DNA of 63,901 nt, filler included, from Bigelowiella natans CCMP2755 (Eukaryota > Protista > Cercozoa), in assembly GCA_000320545.1 (NCBI GenBank). It is 10 parts of 10 records of this genome, joined end to end, with 100 filler letters (N's around TTAATTAATTAA, not from the genome) between each part and the next. Parts side by side here need not be neighbours in the genome. Positions count along the whole stretch, not along the records: positions 10,558 to 24,487 come from ADNK01001373.1; positions 24,588 to 25,935 come from ADNK01002029.1; 8 more parts are not named here. One strand, written 5' to 3'. The position numbers were made by a program, and so were the translations under genes. This document shows positions 11,768-24,987 of the stretch, piece by piece (positions within the stretch are counted from its first letter, which is position 1; the number at the start of each line of letters is the position of its first letter). The notes beneath the pieces are model-generated. The model was not told the origin of the DNA and did not search any database. It worked only from the letters and a program-made list of their open reading frames with translations.

Positions 11768-13802
11768 CCCACACCACGTCTCTCTCCTACTTGTATCAAA
11801 CAAGGTGCGAGAGCCGACTGAAAGCACTTTTAAATGTTGTTGTGCAGGCACTTCCTTGGGAGGATATCGACCGTGTAGTCCACCTCGCGGCATTCCCAGG
11901 TTGTTCTATCCCCGAGATTTCTCATCACCCATCGTTTTGGAGCTTTTAGCGCCGATATTATCGGGGAGTGTGGGTGGGTCGCATTGGGCGCCTTCATGAA
12001 TACTATTTCCAAGGGCGGGACAACTTGCCGCTTGAAATGCTCAATTCATGCGTAACTCTTGCGCATAAGTGTGCGTGTACTTGTTTTTACTCGTAATTAC
12101 AAGGACCCTCTTCCGATCTGCCTCCTAGTGTAGCCAAAAGTGCCGTTTCGGAGCCACTTATCGGGCTGGAGAAGTGCTCTCAGGTGGGTCGGTGTATTCC
12201 CCTCAAAACCTCGCCGGTGCAGTGACACGACCCAACGCCTCTCCGCTGTTATCATTTGCACTTTGTCGCAGTCCGAACTGTTGCTCAAGAACGTGGCATC
12301 GGCATGGCACGTCATGGGCTCCGCAGCGCGAAATAACGTTAAAAGGATGATCTTCAGCTCTAGCTTATTTTCATACGGATACTCACACGACCCCAAAGCC
12401 TTTGGTTCTCTTTCTCAACACTCCCCCCCCCCCCCCCCCGGTCTACGATTAAGAGGGAACTCAGTCATCATGGTGTAGGGATGGTAGCTTGAATTTTTGG
12501 CGGTTGTTTTTTCCTTCTTCTTCTACTAGAGAGCAATTTGACGTGTTGGTGCGTGATTGTGATTCATCAGTGCCTGCATATATCCCCCTCGACGAGGAAC
12601 ATCCCAAGCTCCCTCACGAGACCTACGGCCTGAGCAAAGCTGTTGGAGAGATGAGGTAGATGCTGGGCGCTTGTACGCGCATTGTGCAACGACACGCGCT
12701 TATAGTTACTATGTTCACGGTTTTGACTCCCTATCCCCGGCGTGTGCTATCGACCAGTGCCTCGCTGCTGTCTCGCAGCGGGAATGGGGCCAGCACGGAG
12801 TTCGTATCGTTGGAGTTCAGCAACATCGTCAAAGCAGAGGTCGTCTCGGGAGCGCGACATGGAAAAGAGCACAATCGTTGTTATTGTCGCATCGTCAGAG
12901 AGAACGATCGGAGAGTAGCAGTAGCAGTAGCAGTGTGTTTTTAGATGGGAAGAAGCGACACGTGCTCTTCTGTGCAGTCTTGGGTCAGCCTTACGGATGT
13001 AACACTTGTTGTAGGCATTTTCGTCGCTGCCGTGGGAGCTACCCTCCCCCCTCTCGTCTCCTCCTTCTGCAAAAACGGACCCAGGTATTCAGTGGAGGGG
13101 GGTATTATATTTTATATATTATATGGGAGGTATCATACTTTCATATATTATACCTTAAAATACATGAAAATCATTGTGGTGGATCTTTCCGCACCGCCGC
13201 GGCCTTTGCCCTTCACCCAATGAATCTCTGCCATCATCTGAAACCCCCGCCATCGTGAGCAGGGACGCTCTTAATGTGGGCATATTGTCATGAGGACGAC
13301 GTGATTGAGGCACATGTAAAAGCCCTCTCCTGCGAGATCCCCCCCCATCTGGCCGAGGACCATCGTCATAATGGCCGCCGCAGCCCTGGAAATGGGAGGG
13401 GGGGCGGGCACATGCGCCTCATCATCGCTGCTGATGACATTCGCTACAACGTTCCGACGAAAGAGCTGCTACAAGCTCACTTCGGCGACGATGCGGCCAA
13501 TGAGCTAACGAAGCCATGGAAACCGGCAGGCAGGTTGATGTCGAGTGTTCATGCTAGATGCTTGCGCGTGTGTGATGTGTCGGTGGTTTTTCCCCCGTAC
13601 GGTCTGTTGATTTCGGCCTAGCTCATCCCCCCCCCCCCTTCCCCTTTGCTTTCCCTTTGTGAAAAGCAGAATGGCAGGGGGTAAATTCGCATCGATCGTT
13701 GATAACTCCCGCGCGAAAGATGTGTTATCAGGATGGCAGCCTAGAAGCTGGCAGCAGCAAAGACATGGTCCATTTCCACCCATATTCTCCAATGTGACTT
13801 GC

Positions 13803-13838
<36 letters not shown>

Positions 13839-14014
13839 GTGGTAACATTTACCAAATCGCAGATAGCGCCATAGCACCGATCGTGCCACCCCCCCACACC
13901 CCTGCAGCGAACGCAGGTGCCTCAGCGGTGGTGAGGGGGGAGGCCGATGCGGATAACCCAGGACCGAAAGGGAAGACGTGGGTCTCTGAAGTGAGAGGTG
14001 CTATGCAGCAGTAG
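11406..14014 (+). CDS. NAD-dependent epimerase/dehydratase (extended SDR); possibly the N-terminal half of a fusion
   Basis: Rossmann motif VLVTGANGRLG; VVHLAAFP; KRMIFSSS; PLDEEHPKLPHETYGLSKAVGE (YxxxK catalytic motif, about 12585-12650); WAYCHEDDV; IVDNSRAKDVLSGWQPR. Confidence 0.9.
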
Positions 14015-14037
14015 CAGTAGTAGCAGTGGTAGTCGTA

Positions 14038-14287
14038 ATGACACCGACAGTGATAGCAGCGGCACCACGTAAGGTTTCACACCTGCTTGCTTTGCTTTAC
14101 ACTGCGCGCGCGCATCAGAGGATGGGTCAAGGGACTTCTTCGTGGAGCGCCTCTTTGTGGAACAGCAGCAGCGGCCGCACAACGAAGGGGTAGTAGCCCC
14201 CCTCCAACCGAATTTCCTTCCCTTTCTGCACGTTTCAATTTTAAGCGACCGTACGACCTTTGGCGAGAGAGGCGAGTACGAGCAAGC

Positions 14288-14370
<83 letters not shown>

Positions 14371-14757
14371 TATATGCATAATTATACGCTGAACATATTG
14401 TTACTTCTTACCTGTGCCCTCCGCCGAATACAAAGAAGCTCACTTGTGCCGAAAACGCCTGGATTCGCTACAAAATCTACGGAGAAGGGGGTGGTGAGGA
14501 GGAGGGCGACAACGGCGGTGATATTGATAGCAGCAGCCGTAACAACAAAAACAACAACAACAACAACAACAACAGTCGGAAGAAGGAAACCATCGTGGCC
14601 TTCACCTCCTTCGATGCATCTCACAGCGATCTCGAGTACCACGTGAAGGCGGTGAGTGAGCGACGACGACGTAGGAATCTTGGGGGGGGGGGGGGGGCGC
14701 ACCATGATTCAATTTTGACGTGAGGGGCGTTGGGATTTTGCAGGATAATGTTCCGTA

Positions 14758-14802
<45 letters not shown>

Positions 14803-14813
14803 CAGATATAGAG

Positions 14814-14846
<33 letters not shown>

Positions 14847-16020
14847 ATTGACAGGGAGGGACCCTGGACACCGACAAGTACCGCGTGATCGTGATTAATC
14901 ACATGGGTGATTGCTATTATTAGCTATGCAAATATGCGAGCTGCTGCTGCTGCTGCTGCTGCTTTTGCAACCACAAATCGAAAGGCGAGAGATGCTCTCT
15001 CTTCTCATGCTTTCCGTGAGCGTAGATTCGAGGGTTATTGGCTATGTATAAACAGCGTATTTCCTCCATAATATTCCAGGAAATGGGCAGTCGCTCTCCC
15101 CGTCTACAGCCCCTGTACGTTGCGTGAGCGCAGATTGCGCCTAACCCTTTCACTTCCCCCAAAACAGCCTCTGCTGCGTGCCTGCAATGGCAGGGCGCTC
15201 GATTTTCGCTTTGCTAGCCTGGGTTGAATCCGCCACGTCGCTCAGGATCGATGATAATGATGATGATGATGATGGTGGTGACAATCATGATGATAAGATG
15301 AGGATCATGGGAGATAGCGAGATAACCTCCAGATGTGATGGGAGAGAATGATGGCTCGCACGCGTATTTTGTGGGATTTGCTAGGAACTACGATCGATGA
15401 TCCCCCTTCGATATGTTCCTCAATTCCTCCCTTTTTTTTTTAGATATGGACAACTCAGGGATAGGGTGGGCGGGCGGGGGGGGGAAAGGGGGGTAATGAT
15501 AATGTTGTCAATATTGATATCATCATTTTCAAGTATTTTGTGATAAGAAGGTGCGTGTTTGTGTGCATGGGTATTTGAACGTGTTCCGTTTGTTTCCCCT
15601 TATTTCTCCAACCAAATCCGACTTCAGCCTCCTGGGCAGCGTTTCCCAGCCCTGATGACGATGGGTTCTCCACTCACAACGCACACTTCCCACATCGATC
15701 GGAAAATGCCCAGCATCCTCACGATGAGCACCCTGCAGCGCGCTTTTGTTTGGCACGCAAACCAAGTCTCTTGAAGCGGTGGCGGCTGTGAATGCGGTTA
15801 TACGTCCTGATTCGATGCCTCTGCTGCTCTATATTACAGAGGATAACACCCGAATGCAGACGGCCCTTCTCGACTATCTCGATGTCCCCAAGGTCGCTCT
15901 GGCCTATGGGTACAGCATGGGAGCGATGCAGGTCTCTAGCACTAAGAAATCTACTCGGATTTGGTGCGCTGAATTGATTCCCCCCCCCCCCCCCCCTCCC
16001 CCTCCTATGTATATGTGGGG

Positions 16021-16057
<37 letters not shown>

Positions 16058-18182
16058 CTACAGTCTCTACATTTTGCCGCTTTGCATCCGGAGAGAGTGG
16101 AACGCGTCGCAGGTCCATCGATTTCACTTCGTGTTCTCTCTATATTCGGGTGTAAGAGGGGGGTTGGGAATGGGGGAGGGGGAGCTTGTTTTCAAGAGTT
16201 AGGCCTGGTAAATTTTACAGTTTTTTTGTGTAATAATACTTATACTTTGCTTACAAATGATAGCGGTCGCAGGAGGTGTGCGCGCTGGGGATACGAATAA
16301 GGTCACGTGTAGCATACCTATGTATGCGATTACATGACTAGGCAACGCTGTTATTTGGACAGGTGTTTTTGGAGAGCCTACGGCACACGATCATGTGTGC
16401 GAGGGGATGGGATCCAAATACACAGTAAGACCACTGCTTTCCGTGTCAAACCCAAAATTGACTCATCCAATCTACATGTATAAATGAGCAGTTCTGCATC
16501 ATTTATATATATTTATGTGTGTGGGTGGGGGGGGAGGGGGGGGGGGGGATTCGACGAAGTTCCCAAGTCGGATTTGCCTCCTCACATACTCCCTCATAAG
16601 CGAGCCTACGAAAAGTGCCAAAAAAGACCCCATTCTGATTTTAGCTGCGGCTGCATTTTGAATTTCATTTTGGGCTTTTGTCCGTCGTGTTTGTTGTCTT
16701 GTAGATGGTACGGCGGTGTCGGAGAGGATCGAGTTGCGACTCTCAAAGCTTTCGCCCGAATATATGCAGGTTGTTTCCATCTGTTTTAACATTACGCGAC
16801 GCGTCTTGATTGTTCTGTATTCATTCGTTTGCGTTGTCGGTAGGGTGGGGGCTGAGCAGCCGTTTTTATGAGGAAAAGGAGTATTTAAATCTAGGATACA
16901 AGGTATCCAATGCGAACTGCTTGGGCATGTACGGTTGTGTCATTATCTCCGTGGGCGCAGCGGCGAAGATTGTCGTTATTACCTTAGCAAAACGACTGCA
17001 GTAGTGAAGGGTTTATCGAAAAAGAGCATTTCGATCAAGCGCATGCCGATCTGACTATTCCCATTGGAAGTTCACATGAGTTTTGGGTTTAGAACCTCGA
17101 GGATTTTTGTGTGAACGGCTATGAAAAGGGGTTTGCCTCCTGCGACATCAACGATTTGCTCGCGCAGGTCAGGAATAGCATGGCGCGCAGAATCGCCATC
17201 GGCACTGCCCCCTCTTGCGCGCTTGTGCTCTCTATGTCAATCATCAACTTCCCACACAGATTTTGATTCCATCTTTGGTGCTAGGTGTGGTATTTGGGAG
17301 GGGGGAGGAGGATGGTTAGAATTGAGGCTAATTTTTATCGGGCGAACATCCTAGTACAAAACGCTTCTGAACCTAGAATCGGTTCATAGGTGAACACCTG
17401 GAGGAATGCGGACCTGGCAAATGCTGACGCTAGCTTTGAAGGTCCGATTGTTGATATATTGCCATAGGAGAAAGCAGTACGATAAGAGACAACGCCTCCA
17501 CTAACTCTTTCCCTGTTCGCATAGCATCGCAAATCGTGGGCTCCATATTATGTTTATGTAGCCTGCGTTTTCTTCCTGTGTTTTCATGAGCATGATTTGC
17601 AGAGAGAATAAGCGTTTCGCTGGGTTGCTGTTTTGGTGAAATCATAGGCTGCATCGTTAAAGCTCTGCAGTCGATCACAGCAAAAGTGCTTTGGATGCCC
17701 GTCACAACGGACACGTACTTCCTCGCGGACTCGATACAAAAGGAGTGCGCACTTCTCAGGCAAGGAGACTTTCAGCCAATACCTACAAACTGGGGCCACC
17801 GCGGAGGTTGTTAGGGTGCTGCGTGTGTTTGCGTTGTCCAAAGAGATGTAGCGGAGATGAATAGGAGAACTCATAGTAACGACGGCCATTCGTTCTTCCA
17901 AGCGACGAGCCGTGTGTAGCATGGAAAAGGCTGTTTCTTCTTCAAGACCTTCGAGACATGTTTCTCAAATAAAACGCTGAACTGAATGAATAGACAATCG
18001 TAGCTATTTGACGATCTAGTGTCATTTAGTAGCAATGCGATGAGAAGCATGGTTTGGCACTACCATGGCCTTGTTCTCACCTCTATAACCATGCTATGAC
18101 ATCAGGTGATCCATGGCGGGAGGGGCAAGAGAAGCAGTTACAACAGGTGCAAATGGCTGTGAAAAATCTTCTTGATGAGTAA
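14038..18182 (+). CDS. Homoserine O-acetyltransferase (MetX)-like alpha/beta hydrolase
   Basis: Exons read LDTDKYRVIVINHMG|NGQSLSPS; LDVPKVALAYGYSMGAMQ (nucleophile elbow GxSMG)|SLHFAALHPERVERV; KAFARIYA|GWGLS; ALQSITAKVLWMPVTTDTYF (Asp); IPTNWGHRG (His). Stop at 18180-18182; start uncertain. Confidence 0.85.
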
Positions 18183-18294
18183 TGATGAACGAAGAATGCT
18201 GACCGACTCGCATTCACCATATGTTGTAATGAAGAGGAGGGAATATGCGATTTCATGCGCAATTAGCGAAAGTTTTGTTTGTCATTGAAAACAT

Positions 18295-18800
18295 GACAAT
18301 CTAGCAATGAAATGCAAACGATCAAAGCAGCTATAGGCAGCGACAGCTCTAGAGCTAGCTAGCTTCTAGTAGTCATTGATGCTCGTGACATGCAACCGCA
18401 TGCAATGATGCCCCGCGCAAACTCCAACCAAATCTAGCAAAAGCATGGCTAGATGGCCCCAAGCCAGCAAGCTCTAGAGCCATGGCAAGAGACTGCTCGT
18501 CGAATCGCATCGTCAGCTAGCATGGATAGGACCCGATGATCGAAATGCATGACGACTACACTAACGTACACTTTAGCACTCCTGGCATGGACTGATTCAC
18601 ATTGCTAGACTGGCCAATCTCAATAAAGCTTGCTAGCTAAAAAGCCATGCTGGCTAGCTGGTATGCTGATCAACATCGAATGATGATCAATGCGACATCG
18701 ATCAAGCTAGCAAGCTAGCAAGGCCCAACATGCTAGCATGATTGCCATTCTGAGCCTTGCATGCTAGCATGCTGTCGATCTAGTAGCTAGCTGTGGCATT
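18295..18800. repeat. CTAG/GCATG-rich low-complexity intergenic patch between convergent genes
   Basis: About 18 CTAG counted by eye in about 500 bp, many as GCTAGC or GCTAGCATG. Confidence 0.8.
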
Positions 18801-19165
18801 AGCATCGCAGAGACGTGTGTGCACACACCGTACCATATATGCATGATGTGCTTACTAACAATCGTACTCTTTGCCAATATGCTCCGCACACAGACAAGCT
18901 CTACATTTTATTATTGTATAATCCCGGCAGGTACAACTAGAAAACAAATCAAAGCTTGCAAGCTTCGCACAAATTCTACGTACATCTTCGACATTAAAAG
19001 GCCATTATGAGATGCGACAAGTATAGCTACGTGTCTCACAGGCTGCATGCCGGCAAGCTATCGTGCCATCAGACTTACTCTCCGAGTGTTTTTTAATTTG
19101 TGGTGGCGGAGTACTCGACTCGTTGCGAAGATGCCTGCCTACTTCCTTCCATCATCGTGGAATAT

Positions 19166-19560
19166 TTAATCTCTCTTGCTAAGAAGCTGCAGGATGAAGA
19201 GGAAGAGGTTGATGATGTCGAGATACAGATCGATCGTGAAGATAACCCAGTTCTCATCCGCGCCGTAAGTGTGTAGCAGCTGCACACAAACACGCACACA
19301 CAGAGAGCAACCCAGCAAATAGCAGATTGGGGGGGGGGGGATTAGAAAGAGAAAACAGAAAATGTTATTAGGTATTGTTGTTTTAGAGCCTACGGATGCT
19401 GTTACCCTTGAGGTGTCGTAGAGAATGTAAGCAGAGAACAGAAGAGCTCCACCGAGAGAATAAATCCTAAGTAGCAGAGCATTATATATACATATATATA
19501 TCTTAAAGCTGACTCTCTTCTTTCAGCTCACAACTGCTACGATAATAAACACATTATTAT

Positions 19561-19593
<33 letters not shown>

Positions 19594-20075
19594 CAGTTAG
19601 TCTTGAAACCGAAGAGCATAGCACCGAACCCCCACAGCATGAGCACGATGAGGCCAACGAAAAGATATGGGCCCCAGGACCTGGCGAGTGAGTCAAGTGC
19701 CAGCAGCAAGAGCAACGACGAGGCAGGAAGAGCAAAAGCAGGAGGAGACGATTGATGATGATGATGATCATGATCATGATGATGATGATGTGCCGAGAGA
19801 TTATGTGGATATCATTGCAGGGCTGGTACAAAGTTGGAGTGGTAAGGAGGGGAGGGATGGGGGGGGGGTTATGGGTTAGGGTGGGAGGGAGGGAGAGAGA
19901 AAAGAGAGAAAAGAGAGAGAAAGAGGCTTTTTTTTTAAAAACCCATGGTGGCGGGGGCCGTGTAGTTGTTATGTTTTTTGTTAGGATGAAGCGGGATAAT
20001 AAAGTAAGATTGCTACTACCTCACATCGATCCGCGTGGTGAACGCGTAAATAGTCAGCGCACCGAATATTGCAGC

Positions 20076-20113
<38 letters not shown>

Positions 20114-22595
20114 AAGTAGAGACGATAAATGAGAGGGGGGAGGAAAAAATCCAAGAGAAAATCGGAAAATAAGGGGACTTGGGATAAAATATGGACGTTT
20201 GCCCTTTTGTTTTATCCTGGCTGGAGTTTGGGAGCCCCCCCCCCCCCCCCCGCGCGCCCCTTCCCCATCGAGTACCATACCTGTGTAGACAGTCGCTTGA
20301 AGCACAACTTCTCCAAGGCCTGCGTTTGCGTACATCGTACAGATAACGCCCACCTGGCACGACATTGCGGCTGTGAATGCAGCCAGCAGGTATACGTTCG
20401 TTGGGTATCTATTGGAGGAGGAGGAGGAGGAGGAGGGAAGAGGGTGAGAGAAAGTAAGGGCTACAAGTGGCATTATCATTATCATCGTCCATCATTAATA
20501 TCATCCTCTTTCTCCATCGTTCGCATTTTCATCCTCTATTTTTACTGATATAGGTATAGTCCTCTCCTTTCTTCTTCTTTTTCCTTTCACCGTCATCAAC
20601 CTAGGATCATCGAATCGAGCGCTCTCGAGAAAAGAGCATATAAACGACTCTTTCATCGAGCATAACCTCCTCGCCTGCCCTCTTTCTTTATGTTATATGT
20701 AAGAAATCCCCCCCCCCCTTCACTTATACCCCCTCCTACGCATTGCTCACTTTGCTTTGAAGCACATGAGAGCCAAGAGTGTGCCGATGCTTACGAAAAA
20801 GGAGCCATAGAACACGACGCCCTGCATAGAGATCCATCCCAATGCACGGCAAATTAACAGAAGAATGGACTAATAACGGACACCTGCTAAAGCAGCCCCA
20901 TCATCACGCATTTTGCCATTTCCTCTCTCCCTTGAAGCCTCTCCCCCCTGTCCCCTCTAAACCCCTTTTCCTCTTCCCCCCCTCCCCCTCCCCTTCCTTG
21001 ACCGACCTGGTTCTGCATGACGAAGTCGTTGGCAGGCTGATAGAACATGAAGAAAAAGCTGATCGCGAACGTGGCGAGCATCTGCAGCGACAGCGCGGAG
21101 TACACCTTGCGCACCAAGTCTGAGTAATGAAAAAGAATAAAATGGTAAAGATAATCGCCAAGCGGCGGAAAGACTGGCTCGATGGGGCATGCTAGCGGTA
21201 GATTGGCCACTATTAAGAGGTGGGGGGCTCAATCTTAGTACACGACGAGTTCGGCGAGATTTGGGCGATTACGCAATGTATGCAATATTCATTTTGCCTC
21301 CGCCAACCGGCAGAATACGACTGACCTGACTCTTCGCTGATGTCCCGTGGAAATTGAAAGGCAGGCTCTGAATGGAAGCTGCCCTGGGAGCTGTAGGCGC
21401 GGCGGCGAGGGGGTGGGAGCGGAAGAGAATCAATTTGGGGAAATAAAAATCGTTGGAAGATTACACATAGTCAAAAATTCAACAAACTGCGGGGGTATGG
21501 GGAGAAAACGATAGCGGACGCAAGAAGACAAGCTGGATAATCGGCGCGAGAGTTCCTTTTTTCTCAGATGAAAGCACCGCTCATCGAATCCTCCCAACCC
21601 AGTGCAAGGTTTTCTCTCAACGAAATAAGCGCATCCACGCTGCTTCTCCCCATCCACCTCTCGATTAATAGATATGGGAATAGTAGCGCTTACTGTCGGC
21701 GGAAGATCGATTGCTGACGGAAGTAACCGGGAGGAGGCGCGCTGGCTTTTGTAGATGCAGGACTGCTGCGACCATACGGATCGTCGAAGGGACCTTTTCA
21801 GCACAATGGGAAGAAGGAAGAGGAGAAGGCGGGGTGGGGGGGAGTATTAGAACGAGGAACGGATGCGGAGGAAGCGTGTTCCAAAGAGAGAGAACAAGCC
21901 ATTTTACACTTGGATCGAGAAATGGAGAAAAGCAGGGAAAAGGACCACACTGTTTTTCTTCAAGGCTGACTGTGTTCACTACCCTTGCTAGATCCTTCGA
22001 CATCGCTTCGTAGCACAATGCGCACATGCGCCGTGTTTCCGTCTTCCCCGCATAGGCCGGGCACATTTCCAAGGACGAAGTTGTCATGCAATACCTAAAA
22101 GTGCGGAATAAGTGTTCGTATAGAAGAATCATTAAGGATGTAAATGCCATAATCTATCTTAGAGATCCATGCTATTCCATCTTCTGGACATTACTGATTC
22201 ATATGGATTGGATTGATACTAGGCCTATTACCCTCAACCTCCCTCCCATGGCTATTATGTTCACTCTCACCTGCCCCTTGTAGATGGCCGTTTGGCTCTG
22301 CTCAGGAACGCCATGCTGGGATCGGATAGCAGTCTTGAGCGCAGCCACTGTCCGGTTGGGAGGTAGGTAGACGAAAGAAGTCTGCACGTCGTCTTTGGCG
22401 TGGAAGTTCCCTCCATCCTTCTTTTCCAAGACCGATATTTTGATCTACACGAAGAAAAGCGCATCAGCATGAGTCTACTACCACGAACTTTTCCTCCATA
22501 TTCAACAAATGTCCCATCACCTTGGCATCGGCACTGGACCGTCCCGATGGAACGTCCGTCATATTTTGGTAAGTTGCGTTAGCGTAGGTCGTCAT
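19166..22595 (-). CDS. Bax inhibitor-1/Lifeguard (TMBIM) protein with an N-terminal ubiquitin-like domain
   Basis: TMBIM hallmarks: LVRKVYSALSLQML, YPTNVYLLAAFTAAMS, GALLFSAYILYDT and IFTIDLYLDIINLFLFILQLLSKRD*. Upstream exons in phase encode IKISV...NRTVAALKTAIRSQHGVPEQSQTAIYKGQ|VLHDNFVL...HVRIVLR (Ubl pattern) and a Pro-rich linker (SAPPPGYF). Confidence 0.88.
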
Positions 22596-23258
22596 TTGCT
22601 ACTCGTCCTTAAAAAGAAGGTTTGTGTGCCATCATAATTAGAGATGAGCGTGATCATAGTTTAAGATGGGGGGAAAACGAGGATAAAGAAGAGCGAAAAC
22701 ATCGTAGCTGTCGTCTAAGAAGCTCAAATGATATTGGTAAAGAATTCTCCGCCCCATCGCCCCCTCTCACTCGCCAATGATGCCACCTGATGGAAAATGG
22801 CTGGTGGAAGGGTTCCTCTTTGAAGAGGGAAAAGGGGGTTTTAACGTATTTGTAACAAAACAACATAGGCGTAGTATATGTTTGTATGCCATTTTATCAC
22901 CTTTTGTCAGACCCTTCACCGTTCTAACAGAAAGGGAAATTCTCCACAGGTTCCAGAAGAATCCCGCAGAATCCCCGTTCAGCAACAAAGATCGCCTTTC
23001 GTTCAGGCACTGCGCCATGAAAATAAGTTAGTCGCCAGAGATTAAATATGTCATTATTCTTCAGCGACAAGATCATCATGCTGTCGTTAAGAGAATACGT
23101 CCCATGTTTTACGTCGGCTCTGGTTAAATCACAGAGTGATACGAACGTTGAAGCACTTTCGGATCCCCCTGTATTCATGATAATGCAATAAATGAAGTTG
23201 TCGCAGTATCAAAATACACACAATTTCAATTTAAAACTCCAAGATATTTCGAATAATT

Positions 23259-24052
23259 ATGTCTCAAAATCCAACAATGGCTCACCGGCTATCAGCCGCT
23301 CGAGGTGAAGCGGGCCGCACCGAGCCTCTTTTACCTAAAACAAGGCGCTCCAAATCCAGCTTACCCTTGATTAAGGGAAAATTATCAAATGCGTTGTCTA
23401 GTATTTGTCTCTTTTGCTTATCTGCGGCGCTGTTCTGGTCATTTTCGGGAGAATGGGGCGGAAGAGAAAAGGGGGGGTACATTGTCCCGGGCCACCCAAC
23501 ACTTGGGCTGGGTGTATTGGACGGTGTTGTAAAAGGCGAATCGGCAACAGCAAAGCCATTTTACGAAGATATTCGTCTGCCGACATCGATTGTGCCGAAT
23601 AACTATACGATAACTCTCGACGTGGAGCTCGAGCCGTCCTTCTCCGTAGAAGGGGAGATCGAGATTGATGTCGATTGCCGTGAAGGCACAAAGCTCATCG
23701 TCCTGCATGCCAAGGGACAGGTATTCATCAAGAATAACACATGTTCTCCAGTGATTTCTTGCCGCATACAAAAGACACCTCGCTTTGCCCTCTCCCCCCA
23801 ACACACCCCCCACCCTGGCAGATGGTCATCTCCAAAGTCGCCCTGAAGCTAGTGTACGCGCCTCCGGGCACAGCTGCGCAGCCACTTCCGAGGGTAAACG
23901 GTATTGCAATTCACGAGGATCATGAGCAGATACAGCTCCAACTTTCCAAGGAGCTCATTCCAGCATCAAGGTAGTTGCAGCCAACGCCAACCTTCTAGCG
24001 TATGGGGGTGCATGCGATTTTCCGAAGCCTGTAGAAATCAACAAAACATAAC

Positions 24053-24103
<51 letters not shown>

Positions 24104-24132
24104 GCACAAACTGATATAATATATAATATATA

Positions 24133-24172
<40 letters not shown>

Positions 24173-24371
24173 TACATATACTAGACTGTTTTCGGATTTG
24201 ACGATGGAAACGTCCTAATCTCAATTTTCCAAAATTCCTCTTTCCACACCCCGTCTTCTTCTTCCCAATTCTCGGCAGATACTCGTTGAAGATATTCTTC
24301 CGCTCCCAGCTCTCTCGATCGATGGAGGGTTTCTACCGAAGCTCTTATCTAACGCCTAAAGGAGAGAAAAG
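23259..24371 (+). CDS. M1 family aminopeptidase (aminopeptidase N-like), 5' part, cut by contig end
   Basis: Hydrophobic anchor, then IRLPTSIVPNNYTITLDV...EGEIEIDV...LIVLHA and YSLKIFFRSQLSRSMEGFYRSSY, typical of the M1 N-terminal domain. HEXXH is not in the contig. Confidence 0.88.
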
Positions 24372-24409
24372 GTGACGACGTACCTCTGCGTACAAACACA
24401 CACACAATC

Positions 24410-24467
<58 letters not shown>

Positions 24468-24587
24468 TATATTATATTATATATATANNNNNNNNNNNNN
24501 NNNNNNNNNNNNNNNNNNNNNNNNNNNNNNNTTAATTAATTAANNNNNNNNNNNNNNNNNNNNNNNNNNNNNNNNNNNNNNNNNNNN

Positions 24588-24623
<36 letters not shown>

Positions 24624-24689
24624 CACACACATATAAAATTAAATATATATTCCCTCCAAATCACTCCCCCCCCCTCCTCTCCCCGCAGG

Positions 24690-24956
24690 TCCCTTCCTGG
24701 AAAGCTGGTGACGCTGTTGATGAATCTCCACACTTTCCCAAGGCCGATATACCTCTCTCGACACGGTCAGAGTGTGTACAACGCCCAGAATCGTATTGGG
24801 GGCGACTCCGGTCTCTCTGAGGAAGGTTTGGACTTTCTCGGTGTCTTCGGGCAAAAAGATGACTTTCTTTTTTTGGGGGGGGGGGGGGGGTAGGGGTAGG
24901 GTTAAATCTCCCTCTGCCTCTCCTATCAAGTCAAAAAAAAAAAAAAAAAAGGGGGG

Positions 24957-24987
<31 letters not shown>

